Shown: positions 62,319-64,000 of the stretch, one piece after another
Numbering within the stretch: the first letter of the stretch is position 1
Layout of the letters: every line of letters starts with the position of its first letter
Source: Myxococcota bacterium
Lineage (GTDB): Bacteria > Myxococcota_A > SURF-8 > G963663525
DNA length: 64,000 nucleotides
Reading direction: 5' to 3'
Assembly (NCBI GenBank): GCA_963676915.2
Contig: CAXXVK010000062.1
Span: 72,342 to 136,341, forward strand
Position numbers and translations under genes: made by a program
Notes under the pieces: model-generated
What the model saw: the letters and a program-made list of their open reading frames with translations, nothing else
The model's database searches: none
What the model was told of the DNA's origin: nothing

Positions 62319-64000
62319 CTACTCCGAGCACCCTTCGTCCGTTTCGCCATCGCAATCGTTGTCGAAACCGTCACAGATTTCCTCTGCCGGTACATACTGC
62401 GAGCCGCCGGGGTGCGTCGAGCAGATCACGGACTGAGAATCCAGCGGGTTGCATTCCAGAACACCAGTCAGGCAGACACCCACACCGGCACATGGATCAC
62501 CAACCCCGAAGCCTTCATCGGTTAGACCGTCGCAGTCGTTGTCCAGACTGTCGCATACTTCAGCACATTCCGGCTGATCGATCACATTCAAGCCTATGTC
62601 TTCGATCGAACAATGACTCTCGAATGCGTTTTTGCATACCACCTCTCCCACAAGCCCTATACAGCATTCTCCGCCGTTTTCGATGCCACATTCAGCGCCG
62701 ATATGGAAGCCGTCATCGATGATTCCGTTGCAATCGTTGTCCAGTCCGTCGCAGTGCTCCGTATGGATATCTGGATCATTGGCTTCGTCTTCCAAATACT
62801 CCGAACCACCGGGTTCGGTCGAACAGATTGTATCATCCCACCAACCGGGAGGGGCGGTTTCATATTCACCAAATCGTGGAACCTGCTGTCCATCGACGAT
62901 CTGAACACCGCACTGCCCTGCAGCCTGACAAGGACATTCGAGATTGCCCCAAAGGTCATCGGTTACCATACAGTCACAATTGTTGTCGATGCCATCACAA
63001 CCAATCTCTGGAGAAGAGCGGTCGTCGCTGCCCCCCGGTCCTGTTGAGCAAATGGTGTATCGCGGATCATCGGGATCGCATTCGCCGACACCATAAATCG
63101 GTGTATCCGTCAGGTAATCATAGCCACATTGGCCACAGCTTTGGCAACGACAACCAAGAAAAGGACGCCCTGGTCCAGGACTGCTGCAATCACCATTCGG
63201 AGGCATAAAATCTTCATCGATTTCACCATCGCAGTCGTTGTCGAGGCCATCGCAGAGTTCTTCATGAATGTCCGGATTCTCGGCTTCATCGTCCAAATAC
63301 TCCGACCCTCCGGGACCGGTCGAGCAAATTATTTCAGGGTTGCCGGAAGGGACGTACTCCCATACGCCAGCATACGGAATGCGCTCTTCGTTCACGTATG
63401 TGACACCACATTCCCCAACAGCATAGCAAGGCCATTCTTCGTCACCGATATGGAAATCTTCATCGACTTCCCCATCGCAATCGTTGTCGATACCATCATA
63501 AATTTCTTCGGAAGAACGGTCGCCGATCCCCTCCGGACTGGTAGAACAAATGACGCCATACAAATCATAAGGATCACATTGACCTATGCCTAAAACTTCT
63601 ACCGGAGTGGACCCGGAGTAGTCCCAGCCGCATTGACCGACACTTTGGCATTCACACCCCAAGTAGGAGTTTTCGCTTGGAAGTTCGGGGCAAACTCCAT
63701 CCGATGGCATGTAATTTTCATCGATCTCGCTGTCACAATCGTTGTCTCTACCGTCGCAAAGCTCGTATTCTGCTCCCATGTCGTTGCCAGTACAATAAAC
63801 TGTCATTTTATTCGGGTCGTATGGATCGCAACGGAACACGCCAGACTGACACTCACCTTGACCTTGACAAAAGCGACCGACGCAATCGTCACAAATCATA
63901 TTTTGTTCTTCGCGAATAGCATAGGTTCCATTATCGACTACGCCATCGCAATCGTTGTCCTCACCATCGCAAACTTCTTTGTAAGCGTCAGGATTTTCTG
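62319..64000 (-). CDS. large Cys-rich protein with MopE-type putative metal-binding repeats (5' end beyond the window)
   Basis: Repeated E-x-C-D-G-x-D-N-D-C-D-G-x-x-D; the frame stays open past 63899 to the window edge. Confidence 0.85.
   Translation of the reverse strand, partial: ENPDAYKEVCDGEDNDCDGVVDNGTYAIREEQNMICDDCVGRFCQGQGECQSGVFRCDPYDPNKMTVYCTGNDMGAEYELCDGRDNDCDSEIDENYMPSDGVCPELPSENSYLGCECQSVGQCGWDYSGSTPVEVLGIGQCDPYDLYGVICSTSPEGIGDRSSEEIYDGIDNDCDGEVDEDFHIGDEEWPCYAVGECGVTYVNEERIPYAGVWEYVPSGNPEIICSTGPGGSEYLDDEAENPDIHEELCDGLDNDCDGEIDEDFMPPNGDCSSPGPGRPFLGCRCQSCGQCGYDYLTDTPIYGVGECDPDDPRYTICSTGPGGSDDRSSPEIGCDGIDNNCDCMVTDDLWGNLECPCQAAGQCGVQIVDGQQVPRFGEYETAPPGWWDDTICSTEPGGSEYLEDEANDPDIHTEHCDGLDNDCNGIIDDGFHIGAECGIENGGECCIGLVGEVVCKNAFESHCSIEDIGLNVIDQPECAEVCDSLDNDCDGLTDEGFGVGDPCAGVGVCLTGVLECNPLDSQSVICSTHPGGSQYVPAEEICDGFDNDCDGETDEGCSE

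Noticed and set aside
1-64000. tRNA, rRNA or prophage genes
   Set aside because: None recognised by eye; tRNAscan-SE would be needed to exclude tRNAs formally.

Overview
Bacterial chromosomal window with a deltaproteobacterial/Myxococcota-like gene repertoire (lineage is inference). Core genes: lysC-lysA-dapL-panC, purine nucleoside phosphorylase, rhomboid, aconitase, a PFK with the PPi-type signature, carAB, MinD-like ATPase and a large SgmX-like TPR protein. These are interspersed with many Cys-rich or acidic lipoproteins and AT-rich orphan genes. Four clear (one more possible) single-base frameshifts sit in homopolymer runs and are probably assembly errors. Main unusual signals: (1) an orphan RHS toxin-tip/immunity array at 23.8-25.7 kb whose cassettes are punctuated by a duplicated ~170-bp element made of a GTAG-type REP doublet plus a conserved box, with an intact REP-associated tyrosine transposase (RAYT) flanked by related REPs about 11 kb away; (2) a ~170-nt structured, apparently non-coding RNA with a consensus sigma-54 promoter and its own terminator at 49.3-49.5 kb; (3) a short attenuator-like leader before lysC; (4) helically phased TGTGACG repeats upstream of pfk; (5) a lipoprotein built from Cys-containing YD-like repeats. 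All product names come from motif recognition only; no database search or folding was run.
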